A DNA stretch of 64,000 nucleotides from Octopus vulgaris (GCA_951406725.2 OX597839.1:9052001-9116000); one strand, 5' to 3'; counted from the stretch's first letter, positions 13,405-27,180 are shown. Made by a program: numbers and translations. The notes: a model not told the origin generated them from the letters alone.

Positions 13405-13602
13405 TTCAAATGTACAGAAAACAAAAGATAGAGACAGGTGGGGGAACATCAAGCAGGTGTATTAATTTGATGCTTGGTAAAAATGGCAACGTTTCAAGGA
13501 AGAAAAATGGGGAGAGAAAAAAATATGTCAGGATTAATGGTTCAACATGTTGAGATGAACAGAAGAAAGAGGCCAATGGATACATACACACACACACACA
13601 CA

Positions 13603-13819
13603 TAAGGTGGTTCTGAAAAGTTTCTGGCTTTAAGGGTATCATGAAAGGCCTGGTTGGAGGCCTAATCTTCTGACTTCTTTTACAGGGCTTAGAAAAACTG
13701 AAGGACCGCTGCAATAAGTGTATGAATCCAAGAGAGAAATATGTTGAATACAATCATAATTAACAACTGATCCTAGTGTATTTTCTTTTACTCAAAACCA
13801 GGAAATTTTCAGCCCCCAT
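13603..13819 (+). mobile_element. Mariner-derived MITE (internal deletion derivative)
   Basis: Imperfect TIRs GGTGGTTCTGAAAAGTTTCTGG / CCAGGAAATTTTCAGCCCCC; retains transposase C-terminus LEKLKDRCNKCMNPREKYVE. Confidence 0.7.
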
Positions 13820-13933
13820 ATATACACATATCAAAATACACACACACACACATCAACAGACAAACATTGATATACAAAAATAAGAAAATGGTTTCAAAAT
13901 GTATATAATTAAGTAAGTTAGTATTTTATATGT

Positions 13934-14162
13934 TTAACCCTTTAGTGTTCACATTATTCTGCCAAAATTAATGCTTTTTCATCCACATTGCCTTGAACTA
14001 ATCAGGCATTATCTTGTAGCTTTGAGATTTTGATGAGGTAGCTGTTAATTTTTAAAACGATATTGTAGGGTTGGTGTGAGAGACCAGATCTGGCCATTTT
14101 GAACATAAAACAGGCAGAATACTTTTGGCCAGATATGGCCGGTTTAAATGCTAAAAGGTTAA
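13934..14162. mobile_element. piggyBac-type MITE; related copies about 23513-23560, 24720-24870, 32397-32820, 51234-51653, 60225-60428
   Basis: TTAA-CCCTTTAGTGTT...AATGCTAAAAGG-TTAA. Confidence 0.8.
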
Positions 14163-14669
14163 GTAGAATTAGATAAGTCTTGACCATTATTAGCTTCAAC
14201 CATATCTAAATAATGCTATCTGCTAGAATGGAACAATTTTTATATAAAGTTGTCTTTTCACAAATGTTTACTCTGGGTTTCTTGTTACTGCTTACACCAG
14301 GCATTGGAAATAATTTCATTGTATGATGAAAGCAGCAATGTGGGACATGAAACAATGTAGCAATTTGTAGATATATGTCATTGAATAAAAATTAAACAAA
14401 CAAATACATATCAATAGGTAGATACACACATGTAAACATACATAGGTAGATAGAAGTGTTTGTAGTGGTAGCTGACATCCTCACTGTTTGAGAGACACAA
14501 CAGGAATGATCTCATTTGAGATTACAGCCATCTTTGGCTGGGTTGTTCCTGTTGTGTCCACTGATCTGATTGGTTGACATGTGGCGCGGTTTATCAAATG
14601 ATAGATGAAAGGGCAGAAAGATTGAAACATCATGAAAAGGAATCGAAATTAATCTTGTGTATTACTTAC

Positions 14670-16966
14670 CTCACCATTTGTACTCCCACTGTTTGTCAAA
14701 ACTAATATCTCCTGTCCTGGCTTATACTCAACGGCAGGGCGGTTCTTGGTGGCAGGCAGCTGAGTGCCACCACTCAGCATAAAAAGCCGCACTTTTTTAG
14801 CATGGTTCTTGCCATTATAGTGCTGGTCTGACTGAATTGCAGCGTTCATAGCAACATTGCACAACTTGCACAGCATAGGCTGCATAAGTTCTTTGAGAAT
14901 TTTCATTGCAGGGGATTCATTCTCCCCATTTTCAATGTTCTTCTTGCGTCTGCTCTCATCATCTGCTGCTAGTTTCGGTTCAAAATTTGAACTCACTGCA
15001 TCCAGAAGAGAATTTTCCACAGGAATTTCAGACGTCGACGATTCCTTCAGGAGAGATTTCGGAGAGGCTGATGAGGAGTCAGCAGTAGCAGAAATAGGAG
15101 TGGAAGAGGTGACAGCAGATGAGGTGTCCACATTTTTGGTAGAATCTAACGCTGAGTCTGCATTGACAGACTGCGAACCATTGGTTGTGTCGGCTTCCGG
15201 TAGATTCTGGATTCTGCCCTTGGGTACCTGTCTGTCAACAGGTTTGGACAGTGAGTCAATTGCGTGGGTACTGTTGATCTGCTGGTACTGATAATGAGAT
15301 TGATGCAGCTGGTGACTCTCTTGGTACTGATCATAGTGGCTTTCAGTAGCAGATGGCTTACGATATTGGTATTGGGGCTTTGTGTTGGCTTCTTGATATG
15401 GTGACTGGAAATGAGATTTAGAGTTAGACTGATAAGATGGTTTGGAGAGGTTTGCTTGATACGCTGGTTTTGTGAGGTTTCCTCGAGCTTGATACTGAGG
15501 TGTAGCACCAGTTTGGTAAGTGGTTTGGGTTTTGGAAGCAATCTGATATTGGGTAGCAGGCTTTGTGCTGTTCTGATTTTGATAATGAGTTGATGATTTC
15601 ACTTTGCTCTGGTACTGAGTTGGAATTTTAGCAGCAGGCTGATAGGACACCTGGCTCTTTGCTGTTGTACCCTGATACTGCGTCTGGGGCTTGGTGCCAC
15701 TCTGATACTGAGTGACTGTCTTCGACACAGGTGTGTACTGAGAAGGGATTTTACTTATTGCTTGGTATGAAGATGGGGGTTTTGTGCTAGTTGGGTATGA
15801 GACAGCTAGCTTATTGCTCTGTTGATACTGATTTGTGGGTTTCACATTAGACTGATACTGTGTTGGCAGTTTTGCAGCAGCAACAGCAGCAGCAGCAGCA
15901 GCTTGGTACTGGGATGGAGCCTTGTTGGTCGCCTGGTATGGGGCTGGAGGTTTGGGGCTTATCTGATACTGGTTCTTGAGGGTGGCATCTGAATAGGGGG
16001 CTTGGTAAACAGTCTTGTTGGCCGTATCTTTGTATTGATAGTGTGATTCATTTATCTGTTCCTGATACTGATACTGAGCAGCCTGTTGGTTGGCCTGGGC
16101 CTGCAACGATGGCTGTTGGCTACTCGCATGATACACATCTGTCTGGCTGAGATCCTTCACACCACTACTGGTGTCAGTTGAGGGATAATACTGGGACTTT
16201 AGAAGGGGCCGGTACTCATTACCAATAGTAGTCCGTGTGGTAGCAGTCACAACTGAGTAAGTTGTATTTTGGGTGTAGTTAAAAGCAGGCGGAGCTTGCT
16301 GAGTTGGTATTGAAGAGTGACTCACCTGGCTCACAGCTGGCACTGAAATCTGCTGTGGCCTAGCCTTGGCTATCTGAGCATTGTATGACTGGAAAGTCTG
16401 TGAGGGTGGAGGCTGTTGGGGTGGGGGCTGAGGTGGTTGTTGTGGCTGCTGAGGGGGAGGAGGTGGCTGTGGCTGTTGGGGCGGCGTCTGCTGTGCTTGA
16501 TAAGCAGAATGGGCCGGTGCAGCTTGCACTGGCTGCTGCTGTGCTTGAGGCTGATAGACAGAATGCGAGGTCGCCTGCGGTAATGGTTGCTGTTGTGTTT
16601 GGTATGGTGTGTGGTATGCTGTGAGGGCGGGGGGAGGGGGCGGAGGAATCGTCTGGAAGACGGTGGTGGTTTGGGGCCGTGGGTATGCATGAGCCTGAGC
16701 GCCAACGGCAGCACTGTGCAGCTGATAGGCCTGCTGCTGCTGAGGGGGTTGCTGTAACTGCGGATGGTGCTGTGGTGGTGGTGGTGGCTGCTGCACCTGA
16801 TACTGTGGTGGAGCTTGGTGTTGTGCAGGTGGCACCTGTGGTGGTGGGGGTGGCGGCTGTACTACAGCAGTCTGTCCAGGCTGAGGGTATCCACTGTAAG
16901 CAGCTCCAGTGTATGTGGAGGGCACGCTTGGGTAAGCAGCATGAGGCTGGGCATAAGATGCATAAC
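14670..16966 (-). CDS. ZMAT3: Large internal coding exon of a ZMAT3/Wig-1-like matrin-type (U1-like C2H2) zinc-finger RNA-binding protein with a long Q/P/Y-rich low-complexity region
   Basis: Stop-free frame of about 765 codons; acceptor ttttccaattgcag|GT at 16967/16966 (phase 1) and donor GAG|gtaagt at 14670/14669 (phase 0); ELMQPMLCKLCNVAMNAAIQSDQHYNGKNHAKKVR (finger about 14802-14870) resembles ZMAT3 finger 1 as I recall it; orthology (ZMAT3 vs ZMAT4/ZNF385) not tested. Confidence 0.85.
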
Positions 16967-17424
16967 CTGCAATTGGAAAATAAAACACATTGAAAATATA
17001 TTGAATAAAAATAACAAAATAACAATTCATGAAACAAATTTCTAATCAATAATCTATAATCTATAATCTGTCAATAATCAGGAAATAATTTTACTATAAA
17101 AGCACACGTATTGGTGTCACATAAATGCACCTATGTCAGTGCTGCATAGAAGCACCCAAGACATTCTGTAAAGTAGCTGGCATTAGAAAGGGTATCCAGC
17201 TGTAAAAAGCAAACCAAAAAAAAAAACATGGAGTCTGGGCAGCTGTCCAGCTCTTGTCAAGCCGTCTAACCCATGGCAGCATAGAAAACGGACATATGAT
17301 GATATTGAAAACAGAGGTAATTATTCCAGGATAAATAAGAAGTAAAAAGTTCAATGATGTGTGTGTTTGTGTGTTGAGAGTTGTATGAGTGCATGCACAT
17401 GCGTAACATGTAAGTTTGTATGTT

Positions 17425-17652
17425 TCTTTACTACCCACAAGGGGCTAAACACAGAGGGGACAAACAAGGACAGACAAACGGATTAAGTCGATTACATCGA
17501 CCCCAGTGCATAACTGGTACTTAATTTATCGACCCCAAAAGGATGAAAGGCAAAGTCAACCTCAGCGGAATTTGATCTCAGAACGTAACGGCAGACAAAA
17601 TATGGCTACGTATTTCGCCTGGCATGCTAACGATTCTGCCAGCTTGCCACCC
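17425..17652 (-). mobile_element. tRNA-derived SINE family B (Meta/Nin-domain-like core); copies 9565-9755(-), 21897-22125(+), 23910-24327(-, partial dimer), 30445-30679(-), 32969-33198(+), 53022-53436(+, partial dimer)
   Basis: GAGTTCAAATTCC B-box followed by GTCGACTTTGCCTTTCATCCTTTCGGGGTCGATAAATTAAGTACCAG. Confidence 0.8.
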
Positions 17653-17922
17653 TTAAGTTTGTACCATCAATAGAAATAGAAATATATGCAAACATATGAA
17701 CAAATTGATGAATACCTCCCCAAAGGAATAAACTGACACATTTATATTGGAAGACACACAAAGAATATTTAAACAAGACACAATAACATTCAGACACAAA
17801 CGTGTGCACATAGACGTTTGAATACACACACTGAACTCAACAACATAGATGTAGCATCAACAGAAAACAATTTATTGCCAATCTGATTTTAGCAATCAAG
17901 AAGTAGAGATGTATTTAGAAAA

Positions 17923-18769
17923 ATTACCTAAAGAGCCATCAAATGGGGAAACTATTAAAAGTAATGTAAACCAAAGGAATATTCAGTTAAAATATCCAGT
18001 TGAGATATAGTGAGAAAAAATATGTTATAATTGTAATTTTCCTACATTTCTAATAATTTTCCTGATTATTTGGATAATCATGTGTAGAGCAAACTAAATG
18101 ATTATCTTTGCTCTCATCTTTCAAAAAGTAACTATATTAATACCATATTGCATTGTACAACAGCCTAATGTTGATGTGATTTGTAATTCATAATGAACAC
18201 AGCTTGTTCATCCATATTTTATTTGATAATATTATCATCACACTGGGGCAGTGGGAAAACTTGTTATTACTCCATGTAAATTTAAATGTTCTCCATTGAG
18301 CATTTACCCGATACAGGTATACCATACTTGTTGACAGTGAACAGTCATTACCTAAAGAGCCATCAAATGGGGAAACTATTAAAAGTAATGTAAACCAAAG
18401 GAATATTCAGTTAAAATATCCAGTTGAGATATAGGGAGAAAAATATATTAGAATTGTAATTTTCCTACATTTCCAATAATTTTCCTGATTATTTGGATAA
18501 TCATGTGTAGAGCAAACTAAATGATTATCTTTGCTCTCATCTTTCAAAAAGTAACTATATTAATACCATATTGCATTGTACAACAGCCTAATGTTGATGT
18601 GATTTGTAATTCATAATGAATACAGCTTGTTCATCCATATTCTATTTGATAATATTATCATCACACTGGGGCAGTGGGAAAACTTGTTATTACTCCATGT
18701 AAATTTAAATGTTCTCCATTGAGTATTTACCCGATACAGGTATACCATACTTGTTGACAGTGTACAGTC
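17923..18769. repeat. Tandem duplication of a 424/423-bp unique segment
   Basis: 17923-18346 repeats at 18347-18769 with few substitutions; ATT microhomology at the junction. Confidence 0.95.
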
Positions 18770-20045
18770 ATTCCTTTTCTCAACAACGCAAATTTACTGA
18801 TGCACAAATAATTCCTTACAGAAAATCTCTATATCATCCTTTATTTTTTACTCAGACATAGTATATCTAAAACTACTTTACCAATAATATATTACTTTTT
18901 TTTTTTTTAACGATAAGAGTAGTGTGATGAGGCAAAATATTGCTGCTAATTGTAGCAGATCAAGATACCAGCATGTAAAAACTCCCGTTTGCTGGTAAAA
19001 AAGATGGTTTTGTCATTAAGGTCAGAGAAATATGGTGAGAGTGAAGTAAAACTGTTCACATGGTGACAACAACCTCGTAAACTTCAAAGGAAATTCTGTC
19101 AGCCATTTTGTTTCAGTTTTTAAAACAAATTACATGCAACATAAAACATAAGTTTCTAAAACAACAACAACAACAACAACAACAACAGCAGCAGCAACAA
19201 CAACAACATATTGCTAAATGTTAAAGACATTTAAAACTACAATATCTCAGCAGAAGCTTCTTTCATCATTTATTCATTTGTTTCTACAATAGTACAGATA
19301 TTTTTACAAATTAATTTATAAGTGAATGTAAACTACATCTATTATCAACATCAACACCAGCAGCAGCAGCAAGTGGAGGCGCAATGGCCCGGTGGTTAGG
19401 GCAGCGGACTCGCGGTTGGAGGATCGCGGTTTCGATTCCCAGACCGGGCGTTGTGTGTGTTTATTGAGCGAAAACACCTAAAGTTCCACGAGGCACTGGC
19501 AGGGGGTGGTGGCGACCCCCGTTGTACTCTTTCGCTCCAACTTTCTCTCACTCTTTCTTCCTGTTTCTTGTCCCCAATGATGCACATTCATCCATCCGTT
19601 GATGCTCTTGGTGTCGAGGGTTGACCTGCTTTCTCTTCTGTGGGTCTTACGAATAGCAAAGGACCACGTTTCGGACTTCTCCCACAACAGACAATCCTGA
19701 GGCGCGATCTTGCGACCTCTGGGACGAAGACTGCTTCACTCAACAAACAAACAAAAGCAGCAGCGGCAGCACTACCACCACCATCATTACCATTAGTTAG
19801 AGTACTAACAGGGCCAAAACTGTATCTAAAAAATACACTGCCTTCTCTTCAGTGCCAGAAACAAACCACTCCACTTTTCAAAAAGTGATGACCAAATACA
19901 ATGTGCAGTCCTGGAAGAGTGCAGCTGCTTCAAACACGCAAACATTCCAGATTACATCATCACACTCTAACACAAAAAAAAAAAGATACCAAACCTGAGT
20001 TAAAAACCTCCAACACCATACTGGGGAAGTGGGCCTAACATGTTA

Positions 20046-20585
20046 CAGAGAGGTAATATTTATCTCCACTTAAATATGGATGTTCTGTTAGAACAAGCTA
20101 TACTGCAGTAGTTAGCGTGAGAGAAACTCACATATCGGCTTTTGGTGCAAAATGCACGCTTGTTTATATTGCTAGCGGGGAGGTAAATCCCTGCCATCTC
20201 CAGCATTGTGATTACCAGATCATGTGATTTTGACCTTCTGTAGTCTCATCAATGACAGATGCTCAAGTGCTAGCAATAGCAGCCAACTCATCTCCCCACC
20301 AACGATGTAGAGAAAATCTGCCAGAACAAGTGCTGGTATCACAATTAGCTTGTTAGCAAGATCACTGGCTAATCGTGACACCAGCTATCTCTAGCAGTCA
20401 AGCATCCATCACTGATAAGACAAAAGAAGGTCAAAGCCACATGGTCTGGTGGTCTCAGTGCTGGAGATGGTGGAGATTAATCTCCTCACTAGCGATATAA
20501 ATGAGAGGGCATTTTGCCAATGTGAGAGTTTCTCTCATGTACAGTTTGTTCCCACATTTGAGTGAGCATAAATATTACCGCTCTG
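20046..20585. mobile_element. TA-flanked fold-back MITE with long imperfect TIRs (Tc1/mariner/pogo-type); related interrupted copy about 63201-63975
   Basis: TA-CAGAGAGGTAATATTTATCTCCACTTAAATATGG... / ...CCACATTTGAGTGAGCATAAATATTACCGCTCTG-TA; complementarity continues for about 200 bp. Confidence 0.75.
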
Positions 20586-22388
20586 TATTAATACTGCCTC
20601 TGCCACTTGGCACATAAAAGGCTCCATTCGAGTGTGATCATTACCAGCGTCGCCTTACTGGCACTTGTGCCCATGCTAGTAGGGTGCCAAGAGCATCATC
20701 AGAGCGTAATCGTTGCCAGAGCAGCTAACTGGCTTCCATGCCAGTGGTAAGAAAAAGGGCACCATTTGAGTGTGATCATTACCAACATCGCCTTACTGGC
20801 ACCTGTGCTGGTGGCATGTGTAAAAAATTTGAGTGAGGTCGTTGCCAGTACCGCCTGACTGGCCCTTGTGCCGGTGGCACGTAAAAAGCACCCACTACAC
20901 TCTCGGAGTGGTTGGCATTAGGAAGGGCATCCAGCTGTAGAAACTCTGCCAAATCAAGATTGGAGCCTGGTGCAGCCATCTGGTTTACCAGCCCTCAGTC
21001 AAAATCATCTAACACATGCTAGAGCAGCTAACTGGTTTCCATGCCGGTGGCAAGTAAAAGGGCACCATTTGAGCGTGATCGTTACCAACATCGCCTTACT
21101 GGCACCTGTGCTGGTGGCATGTGTAAAAAATTTGAGTGAGGTCGTTGCCAGTACCGCCTGACTGGCCCCTGTGCCGGTGGCACGTAAAAAGCACCCACTA
21201 CACTCTCGGAGTGGTTGGTATTAGGAAGGGCATCCAGCACTAGAAACTCTGCCAAATCAAGATTGGAGCCTGGTGCAGCCATCTGGTTTGCCAGCCCTCA
21301 GTCAAAATCGTCCAACCCAAGCTAGCATGGAAAGCGGACGTTAAATGATGATGATGATGATCTTATTCTCTGCTTTAACACCATTACTTGGTCCTTGTAT
21401 AGTTATCATAAAAAGTGTAGTTGTAATGAAAGAGGTCTCAGTCATGAAAAGTGTATTTATTACGAAACTTAGATGGCAGATCAGACCACCATTTTTATGA
21501 TGGTAAAAAAGACAAAACAGATCTCTTTAAGAATATATAAACACAAACATTTTCTTTATCTACTGAAATGCAGACAACTTTTACTTCATTTCCGTTTTCA
21601 AAGTAGAATTTGAGATAATACTTTTATTCCTTGTTGTATTTTGCAGCAATGGTTCTTTCTGATAAATTCCATTTGATTTGGTCTCAAAAGGGTTAAATTT
21701 ACTTTCACTAAATGCACAGGAACAAAAAATCAAATTTACAATGACATGTAATAAAACTCAGTCGTCGTCATCGTCACCACCACCACCAGTTGTTGCTGTC
21801 ATCGCTGTTGCTGTTGATTAATAGCAGAGCCAAACTTCATCATCTTCATCATTTAATGTCTGTTCTCCATGCTGACAAAGGTTGGATGGTTTGACAGAGC
21901 TGGCAGAAACGTTAGCAAGCCGGGCGAAATGCTTTGCAGTACTTCGTCTGCCACTACGTTCTGAGTTCAAATTCCACCGAAGTCGACTTTGCCTTTCATC
22001 CTTTTGGGGGTCGATTAAATAAGTACCAGTTATGCATTGGGGTCGATGTAATCGACTTGATCCATTTGTCTGTCCTTGTTTGTCTCCTCTGTGTTTAGCC
22101 CCTTGTGGGTAGTAAAGAAATAGGTTTGAAAAGAGCTGGTCAGCTGAAGAACTGCCCAGGTTCCATGTGTGTTCTGGCATGGTTTTTATAGCTAGATGCC
22201 CTTCCTAATGCCAACCACTTTACATAATGTAGTGGGTGCTTTTGCACAGAATTCACACAGGTATGTTTATGTGGCAGTGGTATGGGTGCTTTTTGCATGG
22301 CACAAACACCCACAAGCCCACAAGATTAGGAATGCTCAACCAGAGAGGGATGCTGGAGACATGCTTGCATGTCAGGACAACCACAATT

Positions 22389-22550
22389 TTACTTAGCTTG
22401 ATGTGTCTTCTCAGGCACAGCAAACCACCAGGAGTCATAGTCTCCTGTCATCCCCTCTGTGAGACCCAACATCTGAAGATTTTTTCTCACCACTTCATCA
22501 CATATCTTCCTGGGTCTACTCCTTCCACATGTTCCCTCCACAATTAGAGA
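22389..22550 (-). mobile_element. LINE (RTE-like) ORF C-terminus joined to a family D tail; related pieces 47150-47300(+) and 51790-51935(+)
   Basis: VEGTCGRSRPRKICDEVVRKNLQMLGLTEGMTGDYDSWWFAV. Confidence 0.7.
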
Positions 22551-23120
22551 CCAAACCTTGATCAAGCAAAATCTATCATGAAAGACAGTCAAACAATGAC
22601 CATCCCTTGTCAGGTATATAATGTACCTGTACTACATTATCAAGCATCCTTCAATTTTTTAGATGGGAAGTGTGGTACAAGGGAAGATTTGGCTGCTATT
22701 TCAAGGTAGTCAAGCAACCACACAATGTCTGCTGTACTACAAAGTGAAAGAAGTAACAATAGGGAGTAAGTATTCTTGCATTTTCTTGGCCAACCTACCC
22801 TTCTGGGACTCGTCCACATCTTCTTCAGCTACCTACCTACTTATAAAGGATACTACTATGTGTTATATTTTTTTATCTTTCACTTGTTTCAGTTATGAGA
22901 CTGTGGCCTTGCTGGAGCATTGCTTCAAAGAGTTTTTTTTTTAGTTCAGTGAATCAACCCCAGTTCTTATCTGTTTTTAAGTCTGGTACTTATTCTATCA
23001 GTCTCTTTTGCCAAACTGATAAGTTACAGAGTTACAGGGATGTGAACACACCAACAGCAGTCGTCAAGTGGTGGTGGTGGTGGACAAAACACACTAAACA
23101 CACACACACACACACACACT

Positions 23121-23151
<31 letters not shown>

Positions 23152-25182
23152 AAGCACGCACACAAGCACACACACCCACACACACACACCCACACACCAG
23201 GCTTTTCAGTTTCTGTCAACCAAAATCCACTAACAAGGCTTTGGTTGATCTGAGCCTATAGCAGAAGGCACTCACCCAAGGTGCCACACAGTGGGGTGAA
23301 CCCTGGACCATGTGGTTGGGAAGCAAGCTTCTTACCAAACAACCACTTCTGCACCTACATAACATGTAGCCTTCTTTCATTATCTGATTCCTGCAGCCTT
23401 GAGTGTTAGTAGATATCATTGACTGCTGCACTTGACTTGTAGTTTATTTTATCAAGCCTGGAGGGATGAGAACTAAACAAGCTTAACTAGAGGATAAAAT
23501 CAAAGACTTCTTTTAACCCTTTAGCATTCACATTACTCAAATGTAATGCTTATTTCTTGCTGGTGTATCTCAGGCAACATGTTTATGGTATAGCATAGAA
23601 AGAAAGATAACAGAGCAATGCTGTTAGTAGGAGCGTTTAGGAAGTTATAGGAGGAGAGTGAGAGAATTCTTTGAGAATTTTTGATATTTTTATGCATTGT
23701 TCCAGAAACTTTTTCTTTGAAGGTTTTTTTGAAGTTTGCGTAGTCTATTCAAACCTCGCCCTTTCACACCTTTTTTTTTTTTTTCCAGTTTTTTTCATTT
23801 TCCACTTTTTCATTTTCTCACCTTCCCTTCTCTTATTTTTTTCTCTTCTTGTCTTGTTCTCAAGTACTTTTAACTTCTGTTAACCTAACCTAACTTCCCT
23901 TGATTTATTCATATTTCTTTATTGCCCACAAGGGACTAAACACAGAGGGGACAAACAAGGACAGACAAAGGGCTTAAGTCGATTACATCAACCCCAGTGC
24001 GTAACTGGTACTTATTTTATTGACCCCGAAAGGATGAAAGGCAAAGTCGACCTCGGCGGAATTTGAACTCAGAACGTAACGGCAGAAGAAATACCTATTT
24101 CTTTACTACTCACAAGGGGCTAAACACAGAGAGGACAAACAAGGACAGACAAAGGGATTAAGTCGATTACATCGACCCCAGTGCGTAACTGGTACTTAAT
24201 TTATCGACCCTGAAAGGATGAAAGGCAAAGTCAACCTTGGCGGAATTTGAACTCAGAACGTAACGGCAAACGAAATACGGCTACGCATTTCACTCGGTGT
24301 GCTAACGATTCTGCCAGCTCACCGCCTTTGATTTATTCAGTTACAATGTTTCAATCTCCTCTTTGTATGGAGGCACATGGCCTAGTGGTTAGAGCAGCGG
24401 AGTCGAGGGATCGCGGGTTCGAATCTCAGACCGGGTGATGTGTGTGTTTATGAGCAAAACACCTAAGCTCCACGCGGCTCCAGCAGAAGGTAATGGCGAA
24501 CTTCTGCTGACTCTTTCGCCACAACTTTCTCTCACTATTTCCTCCTGCATCTTGCAGCTCACCTGCGACGGACCGGCGTCCCATCCAGGTGGGGAACCTA
24601 AGAAACCGGGAAACCGGCCCTTATGAGCCAGGCATGGCTCGAGAAGGAACAAGTAATCTCCTCTTTTACCTTCCTCACTTCTCCTACAAATGGTATTACC
24701 ATTATCATTCTTTCTATATCATATAATGCTTATTTGTTCACATTGTTTTAAATTGATTATGCATTATCATATAACTTCAAGATTTCAATGATGTAATTGT
24801 TTATTTTTAGAATGGCATTGTAGGAAAGGTCTGAGAGGTTGGATCTGGCTTGTTTGAATGTTAAAGTGTTAACATTATTCCATAATGACATGGTTATCAT
24901 TCATTCTTTCATTATGCTGGAAAAGGTTTGACAGATTCTTTTTATATTCTTCTTTTTATCTTTTTCACTTGTTTCAGTCATTTGACTACAGCCCATGCTA
25001 GGGCACCACCTTGAAAGATTTTAGTCAAACAAATTGACTCAAGGACTTATTTTTTAAAACCTAGTACCTTCTGTCAGTCTCTTTTGTTGCACTGTTAAGT
25101 TACAGGGTTGTAGACACACCAAAGCCAGTCGTCAAGCGATGGTGGGGGACAAACACAGACACAAAGACATACACACACATAG

Positions 25183-25256
<74 letters not shown>

Positions 25257-25785
25257 GATGAGTTTCTTTCAGTTTCCATCTACCAAATCAATTCACAAGG
25301 CTTTGGTTGGCCCAAGGCTATAGTAGAAAACACTAGCCCAAAGTGTCATGCAGTGGGACTGAACCCAGAACCATGTAGTTGAGGAGCAAGCTTCTTATCA
25401 TACAGCCACACCTGCACCTATATACACAAAATATTTTAATAATTATTGTTATACAATTCCCAGTAATATTTAATTATAAAAATATAACAGGATTTTTTCA
25501 ACACTGAATGTCTAGGAGGGTAAAATAGGAATCAAAAGGATGCATGGGTAAAAAAAAACGGTTGAGAAACACTGCTTTACACGGTTACTCTTTCACTTGT
25601 TTCAGCTACCCGATTGCGGCCATGCTGGAGCACCGCCTTTAATCGAGCAACTTGACCCCAGGACTTATTCCTTTTGTAAACCCAGTACTTATTCTATCGG
25701 TCTCCTCTGCCGAACCGCTAAGTAACGGGGATATAAACACACCAGCAATGGTTGTCAAGCAATACTAGGGGGACAAACACACACA

Positions 25786-25822
<37 letters not shown>

Positions 25823-26551
25823 TTAAATATTTGTTGTGCAAGATTTTTTATGTGAAGTCGTGTGTTGAAACAGATATTGTTATATTTCGGAATGGTCATA
25901 TTGCCAGTTTAGCCAATAAAAACACACGCACTATATATTTGGTGTTATTTTGCTTCAGTGATATTTATTTTTTACATTAATCTTAATCTTATTTCGGCCA
26001 AAGTTCTTTCGTCACACTCCTGTGACCGCATCAGTGGTCCTTTGTTTTCTTCTCACTTACTTGTGTCTCTCCTTACTAACCGTCAGCCATTTTGTATTTC
26101 TATTGTATGTCTTCATTTGCACATGCTTATATCTCTATGTGCGTCTATGTTTATTTAGTGTGTGTGTGGGGGGGATGCCTGTAATATTTGTATCTTCTGG
26201 TTATATACATTCTTGTAATTTGTATTTTGTTTTTGTTGTTGTTGCTTTTGTTCTAATTTTGTTCATGTGTTTACATACACCCATTATTATCATTACATAT
26301 GCTTGTATGTATGTATAACAACAATATTAGTAATAATAATAATAAATCTAATCGAAAAAAAAAAAAAAAAAAGGATATACATATACATATATATACATAC
26401 ATATACATATACATATATATATATATACATATATACACACATATATACACATATACATATACATATATATACACATACACATATATATAGATATTCATTT
26501 CTATTTCTTTAATTACCTGTGTATTTATTATGTTTGCAGGATCCACTATTG

Positions 26552-27180
26552 TCATATGTTGTGGTGTGCGCTATTGCTCCATTCTAGTTTTCTATTCAGG
26601 CTAGGTTTATTTTCTATTATATGTGTAGCTTCTGTAATTTGTCTAATTGTTGCATCTGTTCTATGTGTGGACAATATCTTAATCTCTATGTTATTGATTG
26701 ATCCCCCGTGTTCTTGTTCGGCGTGTTGGTACAGAATCGATGAGCTTTTACCTTCCTTGAGTTGTCTCCAATGTTCATTCACCCGCTCACCAATGCTTCT
26801 TGCAGTTTCCCCTACGTATGTTACTGTCTTGTTACTGCATCGTCCCTCTATGCATCTTATACTATAGACCACATTTCTGGCTTTACAGTTCGTTTGTGGG
26901 CTAAATCTACATACAGTGCAATAGTTATCCGTACAGAGAGTTCTACTAAAAGGATAGCTTCTACCAATTATAGATCTGATAGGGTTGCCTGGCTTTTCAA
27001 CAACCTTAATTCTTAGTTTAAGTTTATCTAGGGTCCTTCTAAAGCGGTACGCTAGTTCACCTCCAGGAGTGGTGTCAACGAACATGACACTCTGGTATTT
27101 ATGGCTATCATACCAAGAGTTGGCCTTCCCTATTTTCTTTTTTGTCCTTTCTATAGTGTTCCATGACTTGTTCCTATAGA
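26552..27180 (-). CDS. Penelope-like element ORF C-terminus: Cys-rich linker plus GIY-YIG endonuclease (no RT, 5'-truncated)
   Basis: [13 protein letters not shown]...CTDNYCTVC...[12 protein letters not shown]...[17 protein letters not shown]...HAEQEH...RQITEA...LNRKLEW. Confidence 0.85.

Noticed and set aside
13403-13555. Additional H1 ribozyme
   Set aside because: A diverged H1 relative, but the ribozyme region is deleted apart from an ACGTTTC remnant
16967-17030. ATG start of the 793-aa ORF as a single-exon gene
   Set aside because: The segment is an AT-rich pyrimidine tract ending in a CAG acceptor, and the other end has a GTAAGT donor, so the ORF is an internal exon
19373-19450. tRNA gene
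   Set aside because: tRNA-like A/B boxes belong to a SINE head that runs into SINE body; no proper cloverleaf
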